Positions 23,192 through 38,032 of a stretch of DNA of 64,000 bases are shown one piece after another (within the stretch, counting starts at the first letter, position 1; the number at the start of each line of letters is the position of its first letter). The DNA is from Psilocybe cubensis. Its lineage: Eukaryota. Both the position numbers and the translations under genes were made by a program. The stretch lies in the NCBI GenBank assembly GCA_017499595.2, contig CM039003.1, positions 248,001 through 312,000 on the forward strand, read 5' to 3'. Under the pieces are notes generated by a model, which was not told where the DNA came from, searched no databases, and saw only the letters and a list, made by a program, of their open reading frames with translations.

Positions 23192-26100
23192 ATGGCGTAG
23201 CTTATCCCTTTTACCATTTTTTTTTCTTTCCATCTTCATTCTTCCTTCCTTTCTTCCTTTTTTTGCTTTTTTCTTCCTTGACGACTCTCTTTCACTCTTC
23301 TTTCCGAGTTCCTTGCTGGATGGTTGAATTGAGGGTGGGTGAAGGTGCAGGGAGGAAAATGGGAGGTGGAGCGAGGGAGGGGTGGGGTGAGGTCAGGTAG
23401 GGAGGAACTTCAACAAGGATAGGGAGGGGCTTGAATATCATTTATACTCGCACCTCGCACCTTCTCTTTCACCTTGTTCCGGTTGGTTGTGGATAATGAA
23501 CATGTGTTAATGCCGGTGGAATGCTCTTCGGTTTCTTTTTTTTTTTTTTTCTTACCTAGTCTTTTTCACTTGATACCGCTTCTTTCTTGATTTTGATTGA
23601 TGATCCACTTTTGACTCTTCTTCTCAAATATACTGCTGCTGCTGCACCTCCTGACTGCGACGAGTTGGCTATCTGTTTGTCTCTCCTTGAGCTTCTGTTG
23701 CTTTGGCTAAGCCCCTATGGATTCCGAGCGTGTATTGCAATTTGAACAATGTTTCTTTGGTTTATATACGTTGTGCTGCCAGATATACATGGCTCGCTGT
23801 TGTGATGTATTTTACGAGAAGATACTAGCTTTATATGGCATTAGATACCTTATTGAGACAACCCTGAGCAAATGAGATAGAAGTTTTTTGAATTTTCGAG
23901 TCGTGTTCTGGTATCGTACAAGCAGAGGTTAGCCCCGCCCGAAGGCCAGCAGGGTCCGCCTCTGCTCTATCTACCTATCTAGTACGTACCTGTTTGAGTT
24001 TTCCACAAGTCCGAAAATTGAACAGTCGGTTGTGGGAAGTCTACCGAGGTCTGTCGAAGAAATCTCAGCACTCGTTCGGCGTTGTCTACAACCTTGTTCT
24101 CCAAACTCATCCACTGGCTCGCCGGAATCGAATAAAAAGTGCGCGAAAGTTGAAATACATGCCGGCAGGTGAGTACTGTAATGGTTGTAAGTGCCGGTTC
24201 ATCAAGTCCATGAATCAAAGTACATACCTTGTTTGCCGGACGTCCAGAAATCAAAAAAACCGCGTGAAAGTCGAAATACATGCCCGACAGTAACCACTCT
24301 CGACACCGCTCGCCGGATGCAATAACAACTGCAAGAGGGTTAATGTGAACTTCAACAATCAACACACCTACCCATCACCAGGCAGCCAACCCTCGCTCGC
24401 CGGAACTCCAAAAATCGAAAAAAATGTGCAACGACATTCCACGGCACTGGTAAGCTGTTGTTCATTAATTTGACGCCGCTCGCCGGATGTCCAAAAATCG
24501 AAAATAGTGCGAGGCGTTAACGGGACTTCAAACGTCTGTTGAGAAAAGCTCAGTCAGTACTCGGGTCTGCAAACTATGTAACACACCTTGTTGTGCAACA
24601 ACCCTCGCTCGCCGGAACTCCAAAAATCGAATAAAAAGTGCAAAGGCGGGTACTGTGTAGATGGTAAGCTGTGGCTCAACAAACTCTAGCAAATAAAGCA
24701 CAAACCTTGCTCGCCGGACATCCAAAAATCAAAAAATAACTGCGCGGCATGTCCAAACATCGACTCCGTCTATGGAAGACAACTCAAGCCAACGACTAGA
24801 TGTGACACGTACGTTGGTTTCATGGCACGGCGGCAGATGAGAGCTGTGTAAAGAGATAAGTGGTGGCCCATTAAGTGTACTAGGTAACACACCTTGCTCG
24901 CCGGACGTCGAAAAATCGAATAAAACTTGCGGCTCCATAGGTAGACACTGTCGATAGAATACAGGTTCGCGGGAACTCCAAAAATCGAATAAAAAATGCA
25001 GGAGCATAAGGACGGGATACACGTTGGGGGTTCCCCAAAACCCACTTCACTTTATATCCTTTTCCCTAATGCTTCTAGTTTATTCAACGTCACGCAATAT
25101 TTGCCCGTTGCCCCCGTTTCCAAACTAGAATGTGATGTCCAATATACCTGCAAGCTAAAATTGGCTCATGTAAATTTTCAGTTGCGGTCTCCTATCCCGG
25201 TCTTTTGATTCAACTCCGCTGCTTGTTTTCCCCAATCGCCTGTTCTTTCTCATTATCATAAATCATGCTCTCCCCGTCCTTTGTACATCAAATGCGAAAT
25301 TTCAGTCTCGGTCTCCTGTTCCGGCCTTTTCAATCAAGTCCACTGCGTTCTTATTGTCATGAAGCTATGCTTCCCGTCCTTGGTGCATCAAACTCAGGTA
25401 TGTATCATTTCCTATGCTTTACAATTCTTGTACCCACCACAATCCAAAAATTTTGACCCCTAGACTCAGTAGCTCGTCACTGCGCAGACTCGCGCATCGC
25501 GACCCAAGCAGCTAGTGCAAGGCAATCACCATTTAGCTGACGCGATGACCTCATGTCGTTCCAAACTACTGGACCTCAGTCAGATCGGGTATCCGACTCG
25601 CAAAATCTCTCCAGATCGTTGGTTTTCGAAGCTCAAATATTCGATTTTTAGGCTGCATTAACGTATTCAGGGTCGCATTCAGGAACACCTGAGCTGAGTA
25701 ATGAGATTTCAGTAACCGACGACTCACTCAACGCCCACGAAATCCCAAGACAGCAATACGCTTCACATTCGCTTCCACGGGGTAGATTTTGTCACAGTCC
25801 CCTATTTTCTTTGACGACCTATTAATTAATACATTAAATATGTTCACAAAACGCAGACAAGGTTCACACGTAGAGTCAAAGGGTGACAGAACCAACAGGC
25901 GGAGCTCAAATTAGGCGCCCGTGAGTCCGCACTTGCTTCTACCACGACGTCACCTATCCATATCACTCCCACATCCAGTCTGACGTACCGATAACCCCAC
26001 ACAATACCCCCAAAAACGTCGTTCTCGCCCTCTGACTCTCAGGACAACGTTGCCACGTGGCGACTTGAACCAACATTCCCGTCTTCCGATTCATCGACGC

Positions 26101-29100
26101 AGGCCAGATTCGCGTACAAGGCACTCGGAAATATCATTCGAATAGGCTGTAAGCTCGAGTTAGGCATGTTTGAAATGAGGTAATGAGAAATTCGACTCAC
26201 CCCTCGAGCTAAAAATCGAGATTTACTCGCACCGATCTCTAGATACTTCTACGCAATGTAATTACTCCAACACAGTACAACACCCCAAAACAAACTAGCA
26301 TATCTTTCCAACGTACGCGCAAGAGATAGGTGTGACGAGTCTGCGATTGAATTTTTGTATCTGCGCTGTGTCGGTGAGTTCTCCACAAAGAGCTGTTTTG
26401 TACACCCAAATGCGCCGCTGAATGAGGTCAAGATGTCAATCCTAGACCTCTGAATCATCCTCAGTCGACTATTAGAAGCTCCCGAAACATGGCTATGAGC
26501 GACATTGAAATCATTCGGGCACATACGGCACCTCCTTCTCCTCGCACCCCGATACGCCATCCACCTTCCACAATAACGCTGTTTCCAGCCCAACCTTGTT
26601 AATTAACCGTTCACGTAAGCTTCTAGTACCTTTCGTAACGATATTCAGCGGCGAACTGACCTTTGAATTGCGTTTGCAGCGGCCACGTAGACGTTGTCCC
26701 CGGGAAGCGCCTGGTAAGATCTTGCAATTCTACGCGTTTTCGAGAGGTTTTTGAGGCTAATACTGACTGGAACTGTGTTCTGAATAGGGGTTGGACGGTT
26801 TGCGATGCGAAGAGCAACACAAAACGTTGGGAATGAACAAATACATCACGTTTGGTTCAATGTACACCAAACAGCGAATTTCGTTGTTTTCTTTGAACTA
26901 CACATTTCAAACTGCTCACAGATAGACATCCCAGCACTGCATAGCATCTCTCAATGTCCCTGCAAGCTCCCGCGATCACAGGGTAAGCAATCCAATTCAA
27001 CGGAGATTGTTCTCCTCGCACCTTCCCTCGACGCGAAATTGCATGTACGTCGTTTTTCCGGCTTCCATTGGCCCCCTGTGAGTCATCTCGTAACGGTTAT
27101 GTACGTGAATAATAGGCTGAAACGGTTGGAATTTTTGTGGAAGACGGAAATGCGGAGTGAATGAAAATATTGCGAATACGAGTGTTGGCGCATCCGGACC
27201 ATGTCTGCGATGCGCGGTAGTTGTATAGCTACCTAGAGTGATATATCTATCTTATCTATCGTGTCTTATTCTGTTTTCATAATGTCTGGCTCGTCGAGTG
27301 CAATAAAATGAATACCTACAAACACATCACGCCAAATCTAACAAACACAGCGATTCGCAACTCTCTCCAAATTCCCGTCGATTTAAAGTAATATACACAC
27401 CTGGATATATTGTATACTCTAACCCTGCACTACAGAAATCAATCAGCAAAAGTACAAACCATTGAATACCAATCGAACAACCAAATCCACAACATGACAT
27501 GACACACCCTCGCCTCCCGCCCAAATTCACAATTACACACCCGTTCAAAACGCTAGAAACACCTGGCTAGTCTATTCGGCTCTCGGCTCGGGTCTGGTCC
27601 GATCAAGGGTCCTGTCAGGTATATTGAGAAGGCCTTCGTAGTTTACTGTACGTTGGTATGTGTGCTCCTTCAGTAGATATTGCGAATGGCGTTGTAATTG
27701 ATGTACGTACGTTTAATTGAGAGTAGGTGGAGATATTGGTATACCATTACATGCCTGCTTGACTTTGGAAAAGTGTGAGTTGAGACGGGGATGGTTGAAA
27801 AAGAAAATGTGAACACTCGAGGACTCCTGCAGAACGCGAATGCGTGAAAACAAGCAAAAAACACATTTCATTCACCATAACCATGTTACTACAAACATTA
27901 GAATAGTAAGTACCCCTAAGAATACACTACACCCAACTGTCCAAAGACCCTCGAACTCGATTTTCAAAAATGTATCACTCACCTCACCCGACCTTCCTCT
28001 CCTCCCGATCTTCCGCACTAACGGGCTGAAAAACACCTCTGGATTGTTACCACTCGCCCCTGAAGCATCCGAAGTCGCCGAAGCCGTAATAATAATACCA
28101 AATTTCACAGAAAAAATTGGCAACTTACGTTTTGTAATTTTGTTGAACGTTGCATGTGGACGTAGTTCTCCTTCAGTAGATATTGCGAATGCCGTTGTAG
28201 TTGTTGTACGTACGTTGAAATGAGAGAGAGTGGAGATATTGGCATACTGGTACATCCAGTGGTTGACTTTTGAGAGATGTGAGTTGAGATGATGGGTATT
28301 TGGAAATGTTACAGAGAGATATCTTCACCCGAACGTGAATGCTTGAAAAACACATAAAACACATTTCATTGGCAATCCTACTACTCACATTGTGCAGATG
28401 GTACATCTATAGGTATCCTACGACCCACCCAGCAATACTCGAACTCGATTTTCGAAATGTATGGCTCACCTCACATCACCCTCTCCCAACCTCCTTCTCC
28501 TCCCGATCTTCCGCACTAACGGGCTGAAAAAAACGTCTGGATTCCTACCACTCGTCCCTGAAGCTCCGAGGTCACCGCAGCCGTAATCCCAATACCAAAA
28601 TATATCGCCAACTTACGTTCATTCCTTTCGTTTTGCTCGTTCGCCGGGCTTGATCCTCGTCGATTCACGCACAATTGTGCAATTGTACAACCCTAGAAGG
28701 ATTGCGTGCGTTATCTGCTATGCATATGGAGCGACTCCTGAGCTTACCTGGCTGGTTACAGACTTTCAGACACCCAGACAACTCGTCGAAGACCCAATGA
28801 TCCTCTTGACCCCGATACGACCCTCCGCTTCCATTTCAAAAACAACGCAATTTCCGCTGCATTCGACGTATCCAGGGTGTTGTAAGCTAGTGTATATTGC
28901 CAACGTAATGCACTAGAGAGGTTCCGAAATTTTGTTTTCGAGGTTAGTTGCATTCGGAATTGAGAGATTGGAGATGGGTACGTACGCATTGTGCAGCAAA
29001 GAATGCAATCCGGAGCTTTCTACGTGTGTTCCAGTGTTGTTTTGGGAGACTCCTATTCACATTGAGGTGTGCTTCGATCGAAGGTCGAATGCTCGATAAC

Positions 29101-29394
29101 TGAAAACACGATGAAAAGAGAGGGCGAATGCAAACATCTTGTGCACATTCAAGCCCGATTCGTGTCTCGCCGATTAGACCCAATAGCGGAGATCCCGACG
29201 CCTAGAACAAACGACAGCCTCGAAAGAATATATTGAACGAATCACGTACCCAGATTCAAAAGTAAAAAGCGAGATTTGAAGGGAATCGCAACCTATTCCG
29301 GATGTCGTCACAGGGAGGAAAACACGAAAATAACACACCCGGGCTAGCGCGACGGGTTCCGTGTGGATGTACGTACACGGGCGTGTCGCGCTAG

Positions 29395-31358
29395 TATAAA
29401 GGCAGGCGTGTGGTGGTGTGTTTTTCCTCATCCCCTCTTGGGGTTCTCGGCCTCGTCTCCTCCTCCTCTCCTCAAGGTAAGCGCGATTCTCCTTGAGCGC
29501 GTCGGTTGACTGTTGAACATTGAACTCGCAGGTTTTGGTGCTGGGCCGCGTCGGGACGAATCCTGCTTGCTGGTGAGTGTTGCCACTGGCTTGTGTGCAC
29601 TGCTGATGCTCTTGTTGCAGATAGTGTGCTCGTTGTGGCGGGTGTTGGTGTCTCCGTAAGTCGGGTTTTCTTTACCTCGACGCGTCGTAGAGTCTCTGTT
29701 GATGTATAATGACACAGCGGACAACACGTCATGCGGCGGAGGTGCTGGACTGTGGGGGTCGCATTGGGGTGTGCTGTAGGCAGGTAAGTCACTGTTGGTC
29801 ACTGTGGGGAATGTGCTGACCGTGTCTTTTAGCAGCTCACCATTATTGCGGCCGTTGTAAGTGGTAAGTATATCCTCCTATCTCTTGGATGGCGCGGCTG
29901 ATGTTGTGTTGTTGCAGACTGGTAGGTGTTTTCACCCACTTGAAGACAGTGTTGATGGACGTGGCAGGTGGCGTGGACGCGAGTCGGGGAGGGCTTTCAG
30001 GTGAGTGTTCCCACAGACTTGTGGTCATTCCTAATGCTTTGACAGCGTGCTCGTTGTTGCGGGTGCTGCCGTCTAGGTCAGTCGGCTTTCCTTTACCTCG
30101 TCGCGTCTGTTGACGTGGGATGAGACAGCGGACCTTGGAGATGCTGAACGCGTCATTCGGCGGAGGGGGACTGTCAGGGTCGCATCGGGATGTGCTGCAG
30201 GCAGGCAAGCAAGTCAATGTTGGTGAGTGTGGGGAATGTGCTGACCGTGTATTTGAGCAGCTCACTGTTGCCGCCTTGTAGACTTGTCGGACGAGCTAGA
30301 TGGCGGGGAGCGAGGTAGGTGTCTCCACCTTTTTGAAGGACAATGCTGATATTCGACGTGTCTAGTGGTGTAGACGCGAGTCGGGGCCTGCTCGAGGGTG
30401 AGTGTTTCCCCTGGCTTGTGTGCATTGCTAATGCTTTGACAGTTTTCTCGTCGTTGCGGGTGCTGGTGTCTAGGTGAGTCGGCTTTAATTTACACCGTCG
30501 CGTCGTAGAGCCTGTTGACGTAGGATGAGACAGTGATAGTCGACGCGTCATTTGGCGGAGGTGCTGGACTGTGGGGTCGCATCGGGATGTTCTCCAGGCA
30601 GGCAAGTCAGTGTTGGTGACTGTGAGGAACATGCTGACCGTGTATTTGAGCAGCTCCGTGAACTTGGCATTGGGAACTTTTAACTGGTAAGCGTGCGCTT
30701 GATATTGAAGGTCAATGCTGATGTCGTGTTTTCTCTGATATTGTAGGGGTAAGCTGGCCGACGAGGAGTCCCCGGTGACCTGCTGTCGCTGTTATCGCAG
30801 CTAGCGACCTCGTTGCTATACAGGTGAGTCGGGATTTCTTTGTGTAACAATGTACTCACCTTGACGCGTTGTAGATGAGAAAGCGGAACACGACAGTCGA
30901 CAATATCAGGCAAGTCGGCCTTTTCTCTCCACGGGAGTCTGCTCACTGTACTTCCCAGGACACCTGTCCGTCATTTTTGGCGTGTGCTGGACGCGTATTT
31001 GGCCTGCCGAAGGAGCTCCCGATTGACGAGCTTGTTGGAGTGTGACCTGGTAAGTGACGGACATGTCTGCTGGCAAGAAAGAGACACAGACTCACCAAGG
31101 TGTCGGTGGCGCGGCGGCGGCGGTATGGATCAGGGAGGGACGTGTGGAATGAGGTGAAGAACGCGGCTCCAAACTGTCGACGGCGAGGATGCGTCCCGCT
31201 GGCGGTGGTGATGGATGTTGGAGGGACGCGTCAGGCCAACTGCTTGCTGTCGCGGAAAGGCATGGCTGGCGTGATGGACATTGCTGCACCAGTCGGGATG
31301 GTTGTAAAAGTCGGGCATGATTGTGGAGCAGACCGGCGCGGGCAGCCGCGCTGGGGTT
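29395..31358 (+). ncRNA. Copy of the intron-dense tract
   Basis: Offset 9817 from 19578-21541. Confidence 0.5.
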
Positions 31359-31614
31359 CATCTCTCTTTACGCGACAGCGGCAAGGCAGCGGAGAGGCGG
31401 TGTGATGCGCCAAGGCGGTGCGCCTGTTTACACGCACAGGGCAGAGGCCGTTCGTAATCCTGGCATTCAAGTTCCGCTTTAAAACGGTGGTATCATACAT
31501 TCGTTGACGGGGCCGCTTTGCTCACAACCATCCCCCCTGCTCGTCGCCAGCCCCGCTCCCCAGCATCTAATACATCTATTCACGCACGTCGCCGCACAAC
31601 CGCCCCCGAGAACC

Positions 31615-33008
31615 ATGTCGGAAATCAAAGGAACCTTGTCATCGTTGGTGATGGTGCTTGCGGAAAGGTATGATCGGCTTTTGACCAGCTCAGAGAACGT
31701 CAGCTTGCATGCTGATCATCGTCACCCGTCTAGACTTGCCTTTTGATTGTGTTATCCAAAGTCATATTCCCAGAGGTACGTGCATCGTTAGCCGCCGTTC
31801 AGCCAGCCGAGGTGTGCGGCTTGCTGCTCCTCATTGCACCGTCTTGTGGGGTGTTTAGGCAGCTCCAGCGAATCCCTGGCGGCTTCGTCCGAGGTGTGGA
31901 AGGCTGATATTGGCGTTCAACTCTAGGTCTATGTGCCCACCGTGTTCGAGAACTACGTTGCCGATGTCGAGGTCGATGGCAAGCACGTGGAGCTTGCTCT
32001 ATGGGATACGGCCGGCCAGGAAGACTACGATCGTCTACGCCCTCTCAGTTATCCTGATTCGCATGTCATCCTCATCTGCTTCGCTGTCGACTCCCCCGAT
32101 TCGCTTGATAACGTCCAGGAGAAGGTGTGTCTTGCCTTTCTGTCATTCCCCCTGCCTACATTTTTTTGGGGATAACATCGGATACGGCAATTTGCTAATG
32201 TCGTTGTTTTGTGGTTCCCTGCTTTTTAGTGGATTTCCGAAGTTATGCATTTCTGTGCCGGCCTGCCTATCATTCTTGTCGGCTGCAAAAAGGATCTCAG
32301 ACGTGACCCCCGTGTGATTGAGGAGCTTAGGAAGACGAGCCAGCGACCCGTAACCCCCGAAGAGGTGCGTTTTTCTTGTTTTTTCTTTTTCCTACATCAC
32401 ATTTCTTGTTTTCGTACGACTTTGGTGTGATGAGGGGCGAGGTGTGTACACGCCCCGACCCCTTATCTGAGCGCCATTTTTGTGACATTTTTACGCTTCG
32501 TTCGAATCTGAACAACGTCATTCTTTTTTTGATGTCCTGTTTATCACCATTGCCTCGTTCCCGCTTTTCTTATCCACATTGTGATCCCCGTCGCCACCGA
32601 CATTGACGCCGTTTTTCAATCCAAATTTTATTATTTTTCCATGCATCATGTTTTATTTATTCCAACTTGGTACTAACCATCGTCATCTTGTCATGCTTCT
32701 CTTATCCACATTGTGATCCCCCTTGCCACCGACATTGACGCTGTTTTTCAATATAAATCTCATTATTATTATTTTATGCATCATTCTTTTATACTCCTCT
32801 TTTATTTATTCCAATCTGGTACTAACCCATCGTTATCTTGTAATGTTTCTAGGGTATGGCAGTCGCCCAGAAGATTGGGGCAAAGCACTACCTCGAGTGC
32901 TCCGCCAAGTCGGGTGAGGGCGTCCGCGAAGTCTTCCAGTACGCCACCCGCGCCGCACTGCTCAGCAGAGGAAAGGGCAAGAAGAGCCACCATTGCATCG
33001 TGTTGTAG
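31615..33008 (+). pseudogene. rho1: Rho1 copy 4 (same as copy 3)
   Basis: Offset exactly 9817 from copy 3, with the same lesions. Confidence 0.92.
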
Positions 33009-36000
33009 ATGGCGTAGCTTATCCCTTTTACCATTTTTTTTTCTTTCCATCTTCATTCTTCCTTCCTTTCTTCCTTTTTTTGCTTTTTTCTTCCTTGACG
33101 ACTCTCTTTCACTCTTCTTTCCGAGTTCCTTGCTGGATGGTTGAATTGAGGGTGGGTGAAGGTGCAGGGAGGAAAATGGGAGGTGGAGCGAGGGAGGGGT
33201 GGGGTGAGGTCAGGTAGGGAGGAACTTCAACAAGGATAGGGAGGGGCTTGAATATCATTTATACTCGCACCTCGCACCTTCTCTTTCACCTTGTTCCGGT
33301 TGGTTGTGGATAATGAACATGTGTTAATGCCGGTGGAATGCTCTTCGGTTTCTTTTTTTTTTTTTTTCTTACCTAGTCTTTTTCACTTGATACCGCTTCT
33401 TTCTTGATTTTGATTGATGATCCACTTTTGACTCTTCTTCTCAAATATACTGCTGCTGCTGCACCTCCTGACTGCGACGAGTTGGCTATCTGTTTGTCTC
33501 TCCTTGAGCTTCTGTTGCTTTGGCTAAGCCCCTATGGATTCCGAGCGTGTATTGCAATTTGAACAATGTTTCTTTGGTTTATATACGTTGTGCTGCCAGA
33601 TATACATGGCTCGCTGTTGTGATGTATTTTACGAGAAGATACTAGCTTTATATGGCATTAGATACCTTATTGAGACAACCCTGAGCAAATGAGATAGAAG
33701 TTTTTTGAATTTTCGAGTCGTGTTCTGGTATCGTACAAGCAGAGGTTAGCCCCGCCCGAAGGCCAGCAGGGTCCGCCTCTGCTCTATCTACCTATCTAGT
33801 ACGTACCTGTTTGAGTTTTCCACAAGTCCGAAAATTGAACAGTCGGTTGTGGGAAGTCTACCGAGGTCTGTCGAAGAAATCTCAGCACTCGTTCGGCGTT
33901 GTCTACAACCTTGTTCTCCAAACTCATCCACTGGCTCGCCGGAATCGAATAAAAAGTGCGCGAAAGTTGAAATACATGCCGGCAGGTGAGTACTGTAATG
34001 GTTGTAAGTGCCGGTTCATCAAGTCCATGAATCAAAGTACATACCTTGTTTGCCGGACGTCCAGAAATCAAAAAAACCGCGTGAAAGTCGAAATACATGC
34101 CCGACAGTAACCACTCTCGACACCGCTCGCCGGATGCAATAACAACTGCAAGAGGGTTAATGTGAACTTCAACAATCAACACACCTACCCATCACCAGGC
34201 AGCCAACCCTCGCTCGCCGGAACTCCAAAAATCGAAAAAAATGTGCAACGACATTCCACGGCACTGGTAAGCTGTTGTTCATTAATTTGACGCCGCTCGC
34301 CGGATGTCCAAAAATCGAAAATAGTGCGAGGCGTTAACGGGACTTCAAACGTCTGTTGAGAAAAGCTCAGTCAGTACTCGGGTCTGCAAACTATGTAACA
34401 CACCTTGTTGTGCAACAACCCTCGCTCGCCGGAACTCCAAAAATCGAATAAAAAGTGCAAAGGCGGGTACTGTGTAGATGGTAAGCTGTGGCTCAACAAA
34501 CTCTAGCAAATAAAGCACAAACCTTGCTCGCCGGACATCCAAAAATCAAAAAATAACTGCGCGGCATGTCCAAACATCGACTCCGTCTATGGAAGACAAC
34601 TCAAGCCAACGACTAGATGTGACACGTACGTTGGTTTCATGGCACGGCGGCAGATGAGAGCTGTGTAAAGAGATAAGTGGTGGCCCATTAAGTGTACTAG
34701 GTAACACACCTTGCTCGCCGGACGTCGAAAAATCGAATAAAACTTGCGGCTCCATAGGTAGACACTGTCGATAGAATACAGGTTCGCGGGAACTCCAAAA
34801 ATCGAATAAAAAATGCAGGAGCATAAGGACGGGATACACGTTGGGGGTTCCCCAAAACCCACTTCACTTTATATCCTTTTCCCTAATGCTTCTAGTTTAT
34901 TCAACGTCACGCAATATTTGCCCGTTGCCCCCGTTTCCAAACTAGAATGTGATGTCCAATATACCTGCAAGCTAAAATTGGCTCATGTAAATTTTCAGTT
35001 GCGGTCTCCTATCCCGGTCTTTTGATTCAACTCCGCTGCTTGTTTTCCCCAATCGCCTGTTCTTTCTCATTATCATAAATCATGCTCTCCCCGTCCTTTG
35101 TACATCAAATGCGAAATTTCAGTCTCGGTCTCCTGTTCCGGCCTTTTCAATCAAGTCCACTGCGTTCTTATTGTCATGAAGCTATGCTTCCCGTCCTTGG
35201 TGCATCAAACTCAGGTATGTATCATTTCCTATGCTTTACAATTCTTGTACCCACCACAATCCAAAAATTTTGACCCCTAGACTCAGTAGCTCGTCACTGC
35301 GCAGACTCGCGCATCGCGACCCAAGCAGCTAGTGCAAGGCAATCACCATTTAGCTGACGCGATGACCTCATGTCGTTCCAAACTACTGGACCTCAGTCAG
35401 ATCGGGTATCCGACTCGCAAAATCTCTCCAGATCGTTGGTTTTCGAAGCTCAAATATTCGATTTTTAGGCTGCATTAACGTATTCAGGGTCGCATTCAGG
35501 AACACCTGAGCTGAGTAATGAGATTTCAGTAACCGACGACTCACTCAACGCCCACGAAATCCCAAGACAGCAATACGCTTCACATTCGCTTCCACGGGGT
35601 AGATTTTGTCACAGTCCCCTATTTTCTTTGACGACCTATTAATTAATACATTAAATATGTTCACAAAACGCAGACAAGGTTCACACGTAGAGTCAAAGGG
35701 TGACAGAACCAACAGGCGGAGCTCAAATTAGGCGCCCGTGAGTCCGCACTTGCTTCTACCACGACGTCACCTATCCATATCACTCCCACATCCAGTCTGA
35801 CGTACCGATAACCCCACACAATACCCCCAAAAACGTCGTTCTCGCCCTCTGACTCTCAGGACAACGTTGCCACGTGGCGACTTGAACCAACATTCCCGTC
35901 TTCCGATTCATCGACGCAGGCCAGATTCGCGTACAAGGCACTCGGAAATATCATTCGAATAGGCTGTAAGCTCGAGTTAGGCATGTTTGAAATGAGGTAA

Positions 36001-37440
36001 TGAGAAATTCGACTCACCCCTCGAGCTAAAAATCGAGATTTACTCGCACCGATCTCTAGATACTTCTACGCAATGTAATTACTCCAACACAGTACAACAC
36101 CCCAAAACAAACTAGCATATCTTTCCAACGTACGCGCAAGAGATAGGTGTGACGAGTCTGCGATTGAATTTTTGTATCTGCGCTGTGTCGGTGAGTTCTC
36201 CACAAAGAGCTGTTTTGTACACCCAAATGCGCCGCTGAATGAGGTCAAGATGTCAATCCTAGACCTCTGAATCATCCTCAGTCGACTATTAGAAGCTCCC
36301 GAAACATGGCTATGAGCGACATTGAAATCATTCGGGCACATACGGCACCTCCTTCTCCTCGCACCCCGATACGCCATCCACCTTCCACAATAACGCTGTT
36401 TCCAGCCCAACCTTGTTAATTAACCGTTCACGTAAGCTTCTAGTACCTTTCGTAACGATATTCAGCGGCGAACTGACCTTTGAATTGCGTTTGCAGCGGC
36501 CACGTAGACGTTGTCCCCGGGAAGCGCCTGGTAAGATCTTGCAATTCTACGCGTTTTCGAGAGGTTTTTGAGGCTAATACTGACTGGAACTGTGTTCTGA
36601 ATAGGGGTTGGACGGTTTGCGATGCGAAGAGCAACACAAAACGTTGGGAATGAACAAATACATCACGTTTGGTTCAATGTACACCAAACAGCGAATTTCG
36701 TTGTTTTCTTTGAACTACACATTTCAAACTGCTCACAGATAGACATCCCAGCACTGCATAGCATCTCTCAATGTCCCTGCAAGCTCCCGCGATCACAGGG
36801 TAAGCAATCCAATTCAACGGAGATTGTTCTCCTCGCACCTTCCCTCGACGCGAAATTGCATGTACGTCGTTTTTCCGGCTTCCATTGGCCCCCTGTGAGT
36901 CATCTCGTAACGGTTATGTACGTGAATAATAGGCTGAAACGGTTGGAATTTTTGTGGAAGACGGAAATGCGGAGTGAATGAAAATATTGCGAATACGAGT
37001 GTTGGCGCATCCGGACCATGTCTGCGATGCGCGGTAGTTGTATAGCTACCTAGAGTGATATATCTATCTTATCTATCGTGTCTTATTCTGTTTTCATAAT
37101 GTCTGGCTCGTCGAGTGCAATAAAATGAATACCTACAAACACATCACGCCAAATCTAACAAACACAGCGATTCGCAACTCTCTCCAAATTCCCGTCGATT
37201 TAAAGTAATATACACACCTGGATATATTGTATACTCTAACCCTGCACTACAGAAATCAATCAGCAAAAGTACAAACCATTGAATACCAATCGAACAACCA
37301 AATCCACAACATGACATGACACACCCTCGCCTCCCGCCCAAATTCACAATTACACACCCGTTCAAAACGCTAGAAACACCTGGCTAGTCTATTCGGCTCT
37401 CGGCTCGGGTCTGGTCCGATCAAGGGTCCTGTCAGGTATA

Positions 37441-38032
37441 AGATTGGGCTCATCAGGAACCAGCACCCCCTTAGGTAAGCAAAAGTTGGCTTACCTCCGA
37501 ACCTTTTCAACCCTTCTGCACTCACACTATTCTACATTTTTGAACCACAGATATGTAGGTTATGCTTCTTTGAACACATCTGTGGTTTTTTTTTTCAAAA
37601 AAATTTTGATCTCAAGAAGTTATAAAGATTTTAATTTTTTTCCTTTTTTTTTAGTCTAACACGTCAGAAATGGTGTTTTCTCGAGTTTGGGAGATTTTCG
37701 AAAATTTGACAATGTTCTTTTGGCCGCTTATATAATGGTACACGTGACCACACGTGACAATAAGTCACGCCTAAGTAATACCTCTCAGACTCATTATGGA
37801 CTTCCAGAGACTACAATTTGACCTCTGAGGTGTAATTCTATTATTGTGGGCATAAAGGCTAGTAGTAAGGATTGTATATGCACATTTATGAATTTTTTTT
37901 TTTTAAACTTTTTGTCTGAAACCATTTTCCGTCAACATAACTTTTGATTTTTTTTTCGAGCTGGATTTTGGCCGCTCTTGGCGCCAAGCCCATTGATTAC
38001 GTAAGGGTGCTGGTTTCTGATGAGCCCAATCT
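37441..38032. mobile_element. 592-bp MITE, 28-bp TIRs, TA target-site duplication (Tc1/mariner-type)
   Basis: TIR agattgggctcatcag(g/a)aaccagcaccc, 1 mismatch. Flanked by TA (37439-37440, 38033-38034). Empty site gtcaggtaTAttgagaa in all other units. Confidence 0.96.
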